From NCBI GenBank assembly GCA_963727455.1, contig CAVSGG010000001.1, forward strand, positions 1 through 64,000: a stretch of 64,000 nucleotides of DNA. Direction: 5' to 3'. Origin of the DNA: Candidatus Krumholzibacteriota bacterium (lineage in GTDB: Bacteria > Krumholzibacteriota > Krumholzibacteriia > JAJRXK01). The notes beneath the pieces were generated by a model. The model was not told the DNA's origin. It saw only the letters and a list, made by a program, of their open reading frames with translations, and searched no databases. Shown piece by piece: positions 52,735-62,498 of the stretch. Position 1 is the first letter of the stretch; every line of letters begins with the position of its first letter. The position numbers and the translations under genes were made by a program.

Positions 52735-53649
52735 CTAGAGTTGGGTCTCGATTCCCATGCGCTCCAGGATCCCCTCGAGCTCCGCATCGGAAAAGAAGGG
52801 AATTTCGAGCCGCCCGCGCTCTCCCCGGCGATGGATGCGAGCGGCGGTCCCCAGGTGATGGCGCAGCCGCTCTTCCAAAGCCCGCACCGCAGCACTCTGC
52901 GGTTCCTCGCGGCGGCGGCGCCGCCGCCGACTCCTCGCCGTACTGCTCAGGGAGATGAGGCGCCGGGCTTCGCGCTCCAAAGCGCGCACCGAGAGACCCT
53001 TCTGGGCCGTATGCCGGGCCAGCCGCAGCCTGGCCTGCGAATCCTCCACCGAGAGCAGGGCCCGCGCGTGTCCCATGGTCAGTTGCCCCGCTTCCATCAG
53101 CTCGTGAATGGCGGGTTCCAGCTGCAACAAACGCAGCATATTGCTGATCGTGCTGCGGCTCTTCCCCAGGACGCTGGCCAGCTCTTGGTGGCTCGCATCC
53201 AGAGCGCGCATGATCTCGCGGTAGGCCTCCGCTTCCTCGAGCGGACTCAGGTCCTCGCGCTGGATGTTCTCCAGCAACGCGAGCTTCATCGATTCCGTCT
53301 CTTTTAAGCTGCACACCAGGGCCGGGATTTCCTGCAGGCCGGCGCGGGCCGCCGCGCGCAGGCGTCGTTCGCCGGCCACCAGCTCGAAACCCTCGGGTGT
53401 GCGGCGCACCAGAACCGGCTGCAGAACCCCATTTTGGCGAATGGAATCGCTCAACTCCTCCAGGGCGCTCTCGTCCATGTGATGGCGCGGTTGGTGGGGA
53501 TTGGGCCGCAACTCCTCCAGCGGAAGCATGGTGGCCTGCCGCTCTCCCAACCAGGCTGGCGCGGCCTGCTCCAGACGTTGCGCCGCCGCGGGAGCCACAG
53601 AATTCCCGATGAGGGCGGACAGACCTTTACCCAAGACTCGCTTCGCCAT
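52735..53649 (-). CDS. parB: Chromosome partitioning protein ParB/Spo0J
   Basis: LGKGLSALI, AGERRLRAA, ENIQREDL. Confidence 0.96.
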   Translation of the reverse strand: MAKRVLGKGLSALIGNSVAPAAAQRLEQAAPAWLGERQATMLPLEELRPNPHQPRHHMDESALEELSDSIRQNGVLQPVLVRRTPEGFELVAGERRLRAAARAGLQEIPALVCSLKETESMKLALLENIQREDLSPLEEAEAYREIMRALDASHQELASVLGKSRSTISNMLRLLQLEPAIHELMEAGQLTMGHARALLSVEDSQARLRLARHTAQKGLSVRALEREARRLISLSSTARSRRRRRRREEPQSAAVRALEERLRHHLGTAARIHRRGERGRLEIPFFSDAELEGILERMGIETQL

Positions 53650-54403
53650 TGCGCATCACTTCCTTGGCAAGACTGAGATAACTCTGGGAGCCCCGACTCT
53701 GGATGTCATGGAGAAGGACCGGCTTCCCGAACGAAGGGCTCTCACCCAGGGTGACGTTGCGGGGGATGACGGTCTCGTAAACCGTTGCTCCAAAATACTC
53801 TTTGGCCTCTTCAGCTACCTGGTTGCTGAGGCGCAGGCGCTGGTCGAACATCGTCAACAGGACCCCTTCGATGCGGAGCTTCGGATTGAGGGTCTGCTGG
53901 ACCAAGTTGATGGTGTTGAGCAACTGGCTCAGGCCCTCCAGGGCGTAGTATTCGCACTGGATGGGAATGAGCACCGCGTCGGCCGCGGTCAGGGCATTGA
54001 TGGTGAGCATTCCCAAGCTGGGCGGGGTATCCAGCAGGATGAAATCGTAGCGCTCGCGCAGTTCGTCCAGGGCCCGCCGCAGGTAGCTCTCGCGATCCTC
54101 GGCCTCCACGAGCTCGACCTCCGCCCCGCTGAGCCGCTGGTCGGCGGGCATGAGGCTGAGATACGGAAGTTCGGTGCCGCGAATCAGGCTTTCCGGCACC
54201 CCGGCCCCGGCCAGAAATTCGTAGCTGGTAAGGTCTTCCGGGGTCGGACGAACCCCCACACCACTGCTGGTATTTCCCTGGGGGTCGAAATCCAGCAGTA
54301 GGACCCTTTTTTCGGCCACGGCCAGGCTAGCCCCCAGGTTCACGACCGTGGTGGTCTTTCCCACTCCACCCTTTTGATTCGAAATGCTGATCACGCGCGC
54401 CAT
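53627..54403 (-). CDS. parA: Chromosome partitioning ATPase ParA/Soj
   Basis: NQKGGVGKTT, DPQGN, DTPPSLG, QCEYYALEG. Confidence 0.97.
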   Translation of the reverse strand: MARVISISNQKGGVGKTTTVVNLGASLAVAEKRVLLLDFDPQGNTSSGVGVRPTPEDLTSYEFLAGAGVPESLIRGTELPYLSLMPADQRLSGAEVELVEAEDRESYLRRALDELRERYDFILLDTPPSLGMLTINALTAADAVLIPIQCEYYALEGLSQLLNTINLVQQTLNPKLRIEGVLLTMFDQRLRLSNQVAEEAKEYFGATVYETVIPRNVTLGESPSFGKPVLLHDIQSRGSQSYLSLAKEVMRNGEASLG

Positions 54404-54593
54404 GCTAGTTTCTCACTTGCGGCAGGCTTCTCTGCGGACCGAGGGCCCGGACTGCGGAGCAATTTGGCACACGGTAGCTTACGACTGCAAGCTCGGAGAT
54501 GAAGGCGGCCGCATTTCCGCCCATTGCGCCGCGGAATCGTGGCCGTTTCGCAATTCGCTTCCTGCGGAAACTCCCCGGCGGGCGGATTCACGA

Positions 54594-54609
54594 TGTTTCA
54601 CGTGGAACA
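54594..54609. other. parS site 1
   Basis: TGTTTCACGTGGAACA matches the parS consensus TGTTNCACGTGAAACA when read on the minus strand. Confidence 0.92.
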
Positions 54610-54634
54610 TGGCCGGCGGACGTCCTGCCGGCGA

Positions 54635-54650
54635 TGTTCCACGTGAAACA
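54635..54650. other. parS site 2
   Basis: TGTTCCACGTGAAACA. Confidence 0.92.
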
Positions 54651-54675
54651 TTCCTCCCACCCGGGGCTGCAGAGC

Positions 54676-55317
54676 CTAGTATGCCGGTCGAAAGAGCTGC
54701 AAACAGGGATGGGGGCCGCGCGCGGCCAAGAGCAGGGGACGCGCACCTTCCCACTGCCAGCCCGAGGCGAGAAGCTCCGCCTCGGGTCGATACTCCTCAT
54801 TCAGGAAGAGGACGGCGCGGCCGTTGGCCGCCAAAAATGGGCGCAAGAGCGCCAGGGCACGCGGCGGCTCGGCCACCGCGCGCACAACTCCCCAGGCGAA
54901 GGCCCCGCGCATTTCTGGAGAGCGCGCCAGGACCTCGTGCGCTTGACCTTCTTCCACCCGTGTCGCCGGGAGAGTGAGGCTGGCGATTTCGCGTCGGAGA
55001 AAATCACAAGCCACCGCCCGCCGTTCCAAAAGTACGCTCACCAGCTGCGGGTAACTCAACGCGAGAGGAATTCCGGGAATCCCCGCACCACTGCCCAAGT
55101 CCAAGAGTCTCTGGCCGCGTTCGAGGGACAGTGCCTTGCCCGCAGCCACGGATTCCAGGATGAGGCGCTCCACGAGCGCCTCCCCGCCGGCGCGGCTCAC
55201 CAGGTTCCTCCCGCGATTGAAACGCAGAATCGCATCCCGGTAGCGCACGAAAGGCTCGGGCACAATTCCCTCCGGTAAAAGCGCCTGCAAGAGCGAGTTG
55301 AACCCAGCGTCCGCCAT
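54676..55317 (-). CDS. rsmG: 16S rRNA m7G527 methyltransferase (GidB)
   Basis: RNLVSR, LDLGSGAGIPGIPLA, VRAV; located upstream of parA. Confidence 0.88.
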   Translation of the reverse strand: MADAGFNSLLQALLPEGIVPEPFVRYRDAILRFNRGRNLVSRAGGEALVERLILESVAAGKALSLERGQRLLDLGSGAGIPGIPLALSYPQLVSVLLERRAVACDFLRREIASLTLPATRVEEGQAHEVLARSPEMRGAFAWGVVRAVAEPPRALALLRPFLAANGRAVLFLNEEYRPEAELLASGWQWEGARPLLLAARGPHPCLQLFRPAY

Positions 55318-55382
55318 GGCCCCTTCCCAGAACCTCAAAAGAGATTCTGTGCTAACTTATTGTCATACAATAAATAAGAATG

Positions 55383-56261
55383 CTAATCCTTGGGGGGCTT
55401 TGCGGGCGCGAGGACCACGTGCCGCCGCGCACCTTCTCCCACGGTATAGCTCTCGACGCCGGCCAGGGGCTTGACTGCGAGATGTACCACGCGCCGTTCG
55501 CGCGGGTGCATAGGTTCGAAGTGCATTTCGATGCCCTCGTCCAGCACGCGCTCGGCCCGCTCCAGGGCCTGGGCCCGTAGGCGCTCTTGCTCGCGTTCGC
55601 GATAGCCGTTCAGATCGACCTGAACCGGGACGTTGGCGTCACATCGCTGGGCGATCATGCGCGAAAGAACATGCTCCAGCGCGTCCACCCCCGTACCGCG
55701 CCGACCGATCAGCGCGCCGGCCTCGTCCTCCGGTACCGTCACGAAGATACGCTGGTACGCAGCGTGCTCGAAATTCAATTCGTAGCTCAGGTCCATCGCA
55801 TCCAGAAGCTCGCGCGCAACCTCTTCCACTTTGACGTTGTGCTCGGGTGTTGGTTCATAGACCTCGCGCGGTCGTTCCTTGGAGGGCTCGATCTTCATCT
55901 CGCTGACGCGCGGAGGCGGGGCCGCTTCTTCGATGACGAGCTCGGGCTTGGCGGAGAACGGGCGGGACGACGAAGACGCACTCCAAGCAAGGCGGCGCAC
56001 AGAGGAGTCGTGCGACACCGGGGGCTGGGCGGGAATCGCGTCGGGAAGCTCCCTGGACACCCGACCAAAACCATCGGACTGATGAATCACGCGCACGCGC
56101 GCCTCTTTGCGAACCGCGGCGAAACCCTGACTCGCGTTCCCTTCCTCCAGCACTTCCACCTTCAACTCGTGCTCGCTCCCGTTCAAGCCCAACAGTTCCA
56201 GTGCTTTTTTCTTGGCCTCGCTCACCGTGACGGCGCTGACCTCGAAGCTTTCACGAATCAC
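55383..56261 (-). CDS. jag: Jag/EloR/KhpB RNA-binding protein (Jag_N, KH, R3H)
   Basis: LIGRRGTGVDALE (KH), RERRVVH (R3H), GEGARRHVV; GTG start after AGAGG. Confidence 0.9.
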   Translation of the reverse strand: MIRESFEVSAVTVSEAKKKALELLGLNGSEHELKVEVLEEGNASQGFAAVRKEARVRVIHQSDGFGRVSRELPDAIPAQPPVSHDSSVRRLAWSASSSSRPFSAKPELVIEEAAPPPRVSEMKIEPSKERPREVYEPTPEHNVKVEEVARELLDAMDLSYELNFEHAAYQRIFVTVPEDEAGALIGRRGTGVDALEHVLSRMIAQRCDANVPVQVDLNGYREREQERLRAQALERAERVLDEGIEMHFEPMHPRERRVVHLAVKPLAGVESYTVGEGARRHVVLAPAKPPKD

Positions 56262-56277
56262 AATGTCCTCTTTTCTC

Positions 56278-58116
56278 TCATGCGCTCGCGCCGGACAGGG
56301 CTCTTTTTTCCGCCAGCGTTTTCGGGGCGTTGCGATGAATCTGCCAGGTCTGAACGATGGAGAGGATCGTATTGACCAGCCAATAGAGCACAAGGCCCGA
56401 GGGAGTATTATAGAACACGAAGAGCATGAAGATGGGCATGAAGGTCGACATCATCTTCTGCTGCGATGCCATCGCGCCCTCGCCGCCCGTGGCGGCGCTC
56501 GGTGTTCCGATCTTCGTCTGCAGCCACATCCCCGCGGCCATCAGAATGGGCAGAAGAGAGAAATGATCTCCGACCACCGGCAATTTCAATGGCAGATGAA
56601 AGAGCACCTCGGGCCGCGAGAGATCGTTGATCCAACCCCAGAATGGAGCCTGTCTGACTTCGATCGTGTTCCGCAACACAGTGAACAGGGCCCAGAAGAC
56701 CGGCATCTGCACGAGCAAGGGCAGGCACCCCGCCATGGGATTGATGCCGTGCTCCTTGTAGAGCTTCATCATCTCCTTGCTCTGCCGTTGCTGATCGTCC
56801 TTGTACTTCTCCTTGATTTTGCTGAGTTCGGGTTGCACGAGCTGCATCTCGCGCATTGAGCGCGTGCTGCTCTTGGTCAGCGGATAAAAGAGAAACTTTG
56901 TGGCGACCGAGATCAGGATGATCACGAGACCGTAATTCGGAATGAAGCGATGCAGATACAAAAGGAGCCACAGCATGAACTTCGATACGGGCCGGAAAAC
57001 GGCGGGGCCCAAATCGATGAGCGCAGTGAGTGCGGGATCGATCTCGTTCAGTTCGTTGTAATCGCGGGGGCCCAAGAACACCGAGTAATTCAGTCCCGGC
57101 CCCGTCTCGTCCTGTAGTGGTAACTCGATGCTGAAAGTCTGGAGCTCTTTCGCGTAGTCCCCATCGAAGTGCACGTGCCCGAGGCGACGCCCTGGATCGT
57201 GGACGAAGGCCGTGAAGTACTGTCCCATGACGCCGGCCCACGCGACGGTTCCCTCGTGGTCTTTGCGTCCGCCCGAACCGTCTCCCTTTTTCAAGGAATT
57301 GAACGAGGTCTTGTAGGTATCGTCTCCGACGCGCGCGGCCGCTTTGAAGTCTCTGTACTCGCGCGTCGTGTCCGGTTCGGTGTTGGAGATCCCCGAAGGC
57401 CACGAGATCTTCAGCTGCGCCAACTCGGTGCGTGGAAGTTCGTACTTGGCGTGCACGCTGAACGAAGAGAGCTCGTTGTCGAGGCGAATCCTCAGAGAGA
57501 AGGGCGTGCCTCCCTCGAGCTGCGCGCTGAGCGTGATTTCGGCGATAGGCCTCTCCGCGTCGACCCGCACGCGCCAGGGGTTGTGAGGATCTCCGGTGCT
57601 CATCAATCGGGCCCCTTCGGCCTTGAACCTGACGTGGCTCAGGTCCACGACTTTGTTGTCGCGGTAGATCTTCAGCGCGTGCGCGCGCTGGCCGTAGGGG
57701 TCGAGACTGCGCTTGGGAATGAGCTGGACTGGCTGGCCATCGACGGTCTTGAAGTTCTTGAGGGTCCACGAACGAAGATCGGCGCCCACGAGGTCTAGCT
57801 CCGCCACGTACTGCTCGGTTTCCAGGGTGACGAGGGGCCCTTCCGCGGAGGCCTCCAATTGGATTCCGCTTTGGGTGCCCATGCTGTCTGTCGTGGCAGC
57901 TTGCGTGGAGTCAGTCCGCGCGCTCGTGTCGCTTTGTGAGGTGTACGGAGTGTGCGTCGCTTTGGCGGGAGCCGTTTGGGTGGGAGCTTGGGCAACCGCA
58001 AGGCTGTCGCTCTGTCCGGTCTTCTGAGTGTCTTGTGGTGAAGGCGAGAACATGGCCTGCCAGATCAGCAAAACCACGAACATCAGAAAGAAAGCGAGCG
58101 CCGTGCGCTGATTCAT
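56278..58116 (-). CDS. yidC: Membrane protein insertase YidC
   Basis: NYGLVII, GINPMAGCLPLLVQMP, PSGLVLYW. Confidence 0.96.
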   Translation of the reverse strand: MNQRTALAFFLMFVVLLIWQAMFSPSPQDTQKTGQSDSLAVAQAPTQTAPAKATHTPYTSQSDTSARTDSTQAATTDSMGTQSGIQLEASAEGPLVTLETEQYVAELDLVGADLRSWTLKNFKTVDGQPVQLIPKRSLDPYGQRAHALKIYRDNKVVDLSHVRFKAEGARLMSTGDPHNPWRVRVDAERPIAEITLSAQLEGGTPFSLRIRLDNELSSFSVHAKYELPRTELAQLKISWPSGISNTEPDTTREYRDFKAAARVGDDTYKTSFNSLKKGDGSGGRKDHEGTVAWAGVMGQYFTAFVHDPGRRLGHVHFDGDYAKELQTFSIELPLQDETGPGLNYSVFLGPRDYNELNEIDPALTALIDLGPAVFRPVSKFMLWLLLYLHRFIPNYGLVIILISVATKFLFYPLTKSSTRSMREMQLVQPELSKIKEKYKDDQQRQSKEMMKLYKEHGINPMAGCLPLLVQMPVFWALFTVLRNTIEVRQAPFWGWINDLSRPEVLFHLPLKLPVVGDHFSLLPILMAAGMWLQTKIGTPSAATGGEGAMASQQKMMSTFMPIFMLFVFYNTPSGLVLYWLVNTILSIVQTWQIHRNAPKTLAEKRALSGASA

Positions 58117-58134
58117 GAAAGCCTCGCGGGAAGA

Positions 58135-58413
58135 TCAAAAGTGGTGGGTGCTGGGGATGGAAACCCCTCGCTCGATCGAAGAACTCTCTCTTTTGCCTGG
58201 CTCGGGTACCGGGTCATAACCTCCGGGATGCCAGGGGTGGCAACGGGCGATCCGTTTCACGCTGAGCCACATGCCGCGCAGCACGCCGTGGGACGCGAGT
58301 GCGTCGATGGCATAGTGTGAGCAACTGGGGGTGAAGCGGCAATTCGAACCGAGCAACGGAGAGAGCAGCAATTGGTAGCCGCGAATGCAGAGCACGAGCA
58401 GGCGCTTCAGCAC
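58135..58413 (-). CDS. yidD: Membrane protein insertion efficiency factor
   Basis: [10 protein letters not shown] and [14 protein letters not shown]. Confidence 0.95.
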   Translation of the reverse strand: MLKRLLVLCIRGYQLLLSPLLGSNCRFTPSCSHYAIDALASHGVLRGMWLSVKRIARCHPWHPGGYDPVPEPGKRESSSIERGVSIPSTHHF

Positions 58414-58799
58414 GGAAACTCTCCATTATCCAGGTCGCGCGCATCGGCGCCGTACAAATCGAGTCGCGCGAAAAGTCCGCGCATCTCTTCGATGAGATCT
58501 TCGGTGACAACGCCGGAATCTGCCAGCGTTCTGCGCGCGACAAGCACCAGCCAAAGCGGTCGCTCGAGGCGCGAGCTCAGGGCGCGGTACGCTTCGCGAA
58601 GCAATCGCTTGGCGCGGTTCCGCCGCACGGCGTTTCCCACCTTCTTCGACGCAACCACTCCAAGCGCACAGTTGCCCAGCGAAGCAATTTCCTCGGGGCG
58701 CGGCCTGAAAGCATAGACCACGCAGCAATTTCCGACTGCTTTCCTGCCGTTCTCATACACGCATTGGAATTGCCGCCGAGTTCGCAGAGTCCCCTTCAA
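58407..58799 (-). CDS. rnpA: RNase P protein component
   Basis: [19 protein letters not shown] (RNR motif). Confidence 0.95.
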   Translation of the reverse strand: MKGTLRTRRQFQCVYENGRKAVGNCCVVYAFRPRPEEIASLGNCALGVVASKKVGNAVRRNRAKRLLREAYRALSSRLERPLWLVLVARRTLADSGVVTEDLIEEMRGLFARLDLYGADARDLDNGEFPC

Positions 58800-58868
58800 G
58801 GGAAAACCCCCGATCGGGAAGACCGCGCGCTACTTACAAGGAACGCGCGTGGCGGAATCCGAAGACGC

Positions 58869-59003
58869 TCACGCGCTCAGACACTTGCGGCCCTTGCTGC
58901 GGCGGCGCTTGAGGATCGTGCGTCCCGCGCGCGTCGCCATGCGCTTCCGGAAACCATGGTCCCGCTTGCGCTTGATTTTACTCGGTTGAAAAGTCCTCTT
59001 CAC
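58869..59003 (-). CDS. rpmH: 50S ribosomal protein L34 (missing from the ORF track)
   Basis: Manual translation [44 protein letters not shown]; GTG start. Confidence 0.97.
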   Translation of the reverse strand: MKRTFQPSKIKRKRDHGFRKRMATRAGRTILKRRRSKGRKCLSA

Positions 59004-59070
59004 GATGACACCTCATCAGAAGGTCTGAAGGCGCGGGCGGTTCCCCTAACCATAACTCCACGAGCGCAAT

Positions 59071-59099
59071 ACGGTATGCTCAGGGCCGAGCCACGTCAA
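59071..59099 (-). promoter_or_regulatory. Sigma70 promoter for the rpmH operon
   Basis: TTGACG-N17-TACCGT on the minus strand. Confidence 0.6.
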
Positions 59100-59306
59100 G
59101 TTTCCCGGCCCAAAGGCCGCCCGCCACGCAGTGCGGGCGCGGCATCGATTTCCCCTGCCAGACCCGCGGGTCAGGCCGCCCGGCTCGCGCCTCACGCAAT
59201 TCGGGAGGGCTTAATGAGCCTATTGGGAAGATCTTAGGAAGAAAGTAATCCTGGGGCACAAAAGTCCCTTGCTCGGCCCCATGCCGCGTGCTACCGTCCA
59301 CTCCCC

Positions 59307-59443
59307 GGTGGATAACCCGCACCCGGCACAGCAACGTTATCCCCAGTTTTTCTGACCTGGGGATAAGATGGGGCTCCACGGGAATATTTTGGGCTAAGTC
59401 CTTACATTTTAATTAGTTCCCGGCTTTTCCCGGATGTGGATAA
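59307..59443. promoter_or_regulatory. DnaA-box cluster upstream of dnaA
   Basis: GGTGGATAA 59307, TTATCCCCA 59337, TGGGGATAA 59358, perfect TGTGGATAA 59435. Confidence 0.82.
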
Positions 59444-59509
59444 GTCCCTGTGAAGTTGTGTCCTCTGGTCGAGCTTTGCCCCTCGACCCAACGAGAGGAA
59501 GCCCCACTC

Positions 59510-60916
59510 GTGCCCCCTTCTCGAACGACGCCCGCGAATCACACCCAACATGATTCTCTGCGGGACGAGCAAACGCTCTGGACGGAAATCCTCGAAGTTG
59601 TGCGCCAAAACGTCAATCAGCAGACTTTCGAGACTTGGTTTCGCCAGACCCATTTCCTCTCACTGCGCGAGGGGGTCCTCGCCATCCAGGGGCCCAACCA
59701 GTTTTTCGTCGATTGGCTGACGGAGCACCACCTGGAAACTCTGCGCGCGGCGGCCCAGCGGATTCTGGGCCGGAGCATCGAAATCCAGATTTTGGTCGAT
59801 CCGCAGCCCAGCACGGTCGGGAGCTTCGATCCGAGGGCCTCGGTCAGCCCCGCGCCCGAAGCCGACGGCCGGCGACGCACCCCGCGCGAGGCGGGTCTCA
59901 ACCAGCGCTATGTCTTCTCGAACTTCGTGGTGGGAGATAACAATCGCCTGGCGCACGCGGCCTGCGAGGCCGTGGCGGAGCAGCCGGCCCAAGCCTACAA
60001 CCCGCTCTTTCTCTACGGCGGAGTGGGCCTGGGCAAGACCCACCTCATGCAGGCCATTGGCAATGAAGTCCTCACGCGCGACCCACGGACCATGGTGCAC
60101 TACGTCTCGGCCGAAAACTTCATGAACGAACTCATTCAGTCCATTCGCAGCGGGAAGACCTTCGAATTCAAGAACCGCTACCGGAACGTCGACCTGTTGC
60201 TCATCGACGACATTCAATTTCTCGCGGGGAAAGAGAGCACCCAACAGGAATTCTTCCACACGTTCAACGCGCTCTACGATGCCAACAAGCAGATCGTGGT
60301 GACCTGTGACCGGCCACCCAAGGAGATTCCCACTCTGGAGGAGCGGCTTCGTTCGCGCTTCGAGTGGGGATTGATCACGGATTTGCAGGCGCCGAAGCTC
60401 GAAACCCGGATCGCGATTCTCAAGAAGAAGGTGGAGAAGGAAGAAATCGTAATCCCCGACGAAGTTCTGGTGCTCATCGCCGAACGTGTGACGAACAACA
60501 TCCGTGAATTGGAGGGCGCGCTGATCCGGCTTCTGGCCTTCGCCAGTCTGACGGGAAGCAAGATCCACATCGAGATGGCAAAGGAGGTATTGAGCACCTT
60601 TCTGAACCGCAATCGTCCCAAGCGTCCGGTTTCTCTGGTAGAGGTAACCAAGGCGGTGGCTGGGTACTACGATATCTCCTTGGATCTCTTGCGCTCCAAG
60701 ACTCGCACCAAGCCCATCGCCCATGCTCGGCAGATCGCCATGTACCTGTGTCGTGAGCTGACTGGTGCTTCCCTGAATCAGATCGGTATGCGCTTCGGAG
60801 GGCGTGACCACACCACGGTGCATCATGCGTGGCAGAAGATCACGCGTCTGGAGGAAATCGATCCCGACGTACACTCCGAGCTCGAGGATCTGATCAAGTC
60901 GTTGCATAGCGCGTGA
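59510..60916 (+). CDS. dnaA: Chromosomal replication initiator DnaA
   Basis: YNPLFLYGGVGLGKTHL, LLIDDIQF, FGGRDHTTV; start GTG 59510 (or 59450). Confidence 0.98.
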   Translation: MPPSRTTPANHTQHDSLRDEQTLWTEILEVVRQNVNQQTFETWFRQTHFLSLREGVLAIQGPNQFFVDWLTEHHLETLRAAAQRILGRSIEIQILVDPQPSTVGSFDPRASVSPAPEADGRRRTPREAGLNQRYVFSNFVVGDNNRLAHAACEAVAEQPAQAYNPLFLYGGVGLGKTHLMQAIGNEVLTRDPRTMVHYVSAENFMNELIQSIRSGKTFEFKNRYRNVDLLLIDDIQFLAGKESTQQEFFHTFNALYDANKQIVVTCDRPPKEIPTLEERLRSRFEWGLITDLQAPKLETRIAILKKKVEKEEIVIPDEVLVLIAERVTNNIRELEGALIRLLAFASLTGSKIHIEMAKEVLSTFLNRNRPKRPVSLVEVTKAVAGYYDISLDLLRSKTRTKPIAHARQIAMYLCRELTGASLNQIGMRFGGRDHTTVHHAWQKITRLEEIDPDVHSELEDLIKSLHSA

Positions 60917-61240
60917 CCCGTCCGACCGACTGAACGCGCGTGGGGGCCTTTCTCGGACGAGAGAGACCCCCTTTCTCTTATCGTATCGTGGGGGACAGAA
61001 GTTTGGGCACGAGCTGGGGAAAGGCGGAGGAAAAGACGGGGACGAAATCCACGAGTCGCCCGGAATCTCGACTGGCTTGGGATAAGAGAAGAGGAAGTTC
61101 GTTCTTCTCCCCGGATCATCCGCACCCTGGCTTAGTTGTTAAGGTATTGCGACAATTCGAGTTAAGCTGTGAAATGAGGATTTTATCCCCGAAATCCCCA
61201 GCCCTACGTACTACTACTCTCTTTTTCTCTTAATGAAAGA
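60917..61240. other. oriC unwinding region (DnaA boxes, GC tract, DnaA-trios, AT-rich tract)
   Basis: TTGGGATAA 61077; tandem TTATCCCCG 61183 and AAATCCCCA 61192; then GCCC, CTACGTACTACTACT (61204-61218) and CTCTTTTTCTCTTAATGAAAGA. Confidence 0.82.
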
Positions 61241-61260
61241 GAAACAGAGATCCCGCGGGC

Positions 61261-61289
61261 TTGCTCGTAGGACGGAGCTGCGATAGCAT
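61261..61289 (+). promoter_or_regulatory. Possible sigma70 promoter for dnaN
   Basis: TTGCTC-N17-TAGCAT. Confidence 0.45.
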
Positions 61290-61342
61290 AGCTCTCTCTT
61301 TCTCTTTTGCACTCTTGAGAGTCTTCCAAGCGAGGCCCCACG

Positions 61343-62467
61343 GTGAAGATCCAGGTTCAACAGAACGAACTCGTACGCGCGCTGGGAGCTGTGGCGAACG
61401 TCGTCAGTAGCAAAGCCACCCTACCCATCCTTTCCACCATACTTTTCGACCAGAAAGGAAAGACGCTCACTCTGTCGGCGACGGACCTGGATGTCTCCGT
61501 GGTCACCAGAGTTCGAGAAGTGGAAGTAGAGAGTGAAGGCAAGGCGGCGGTTCCCGCTGCGAAGTTCGTACCCTTCGTGCGAACGCTCGGCTCCCATTCG
61601 GTCAAGATCGAAGCGGACAAAGAACACGTTCTGCTGCGCAGTGGGAAGGCAAAACTCGAAGAACCCTGCATGGATCCCGATGATTTTCCGGCACTTCCGC
61701 GGGTTCAAGAAGCCGAGTCGTTTACCATTGCCGGGTCAACCCTGGTCGACATGATTCGTACTTGTATCTATGCGACTTCCAAGGACGAAACCCGTCCCGC
61801 CTTACAAGGTGTCTACTGGGAGATTTCCGACGGACACTTCACCATGGTGGCCACCGATGGCCATCGTCTCAGTCGTGTCCGTAGAAAGACCGGGATCGCC
61901 AAAAAATTGAGCCGCAAGCTCATTGCCTCCTCCGGTGGACTGCAGCAGGTCATGCGCTTGGCCGAGAACCTCGACGAGGTGACGATCTATCTGGGTGAGC
62001 ATCAGTTGAGTTTCGAGATGGATACCACCATCATCCATACTCGATTGGTGGAGGGGAGTTTTCCTAACTACGAGCAGGTGCTCCCCAAGAACAACGAGCG
62101 TCGCATCGTCTGCGACCGGGAAGCCCTCATCGATGGCATCCGGCGGGTCAAGGTCTCGGCGGATCGGGTGACCAACCAAATTCGTTTGGGAGTCTCCGGA
62201 AAGACCATGAAACTCTCCGCCAGCGGGACTGAGGGTTCCCGCGCGGAAGACGAAGTGGCGATCGAGTACGAGGGAGAGGACGTTTCCATCGGCTTCAACC
62301 ACGGCTACGTGGAAGACATTCTCAAACACTTCAAGACGGAGAATCTACTCATCGCCCTGGACCGGCCCGACAGCGCCGCGATCTTTCTGCCCGGGGACGA
62401 TGCCAAGGCCGAGATTCTCAAAAGCGACGACTTGTGCCTCTTGATGCCACTGCGGTTGAACGACTAG
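61343..62467 (+). CDS. dnaN: DNA polymerase III beta clamp
   Basis: LPILS, ATDLD, VATDGHRL, GSFPNY, LLMPLR. Confidence 0.97.
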   Translation: MKIQVQQNELVRALGAVANVVSSKATLPILSTILFDQKGKTLTLSATDLDVSVVTRVREVEVESEGKAAVPAAKFVPFVRTLGSHSVKIEADKEHVLLRSGKAKLEEPCMDPDDFPALPRVQEAESFTIAGSTLVDMIRTCIYATSKDETRPALQGVYWEISDGHFTMVATDGHRLSRVRRKTGIAKKLSRKLIASSGGLQQVMRLAENLDEVTIYLGEHQLSFEMDTTIIHTRLVEGSFPNYEQVLPKNNERRIVCDREALIDGIRRVKVSADRVTNQIRLGVSGKTMKLSASGTEGSRAEDEVAIEYEGEDVSIGFNHGYVEDILKHFKTENLLIALDRPDSAAIFLPGDDAKAEILKSDDLCLLMPLRLND

Positions 62468-62498
62468 AAGACCGCCCCCCTGAGCGAGAGGCAATCCG

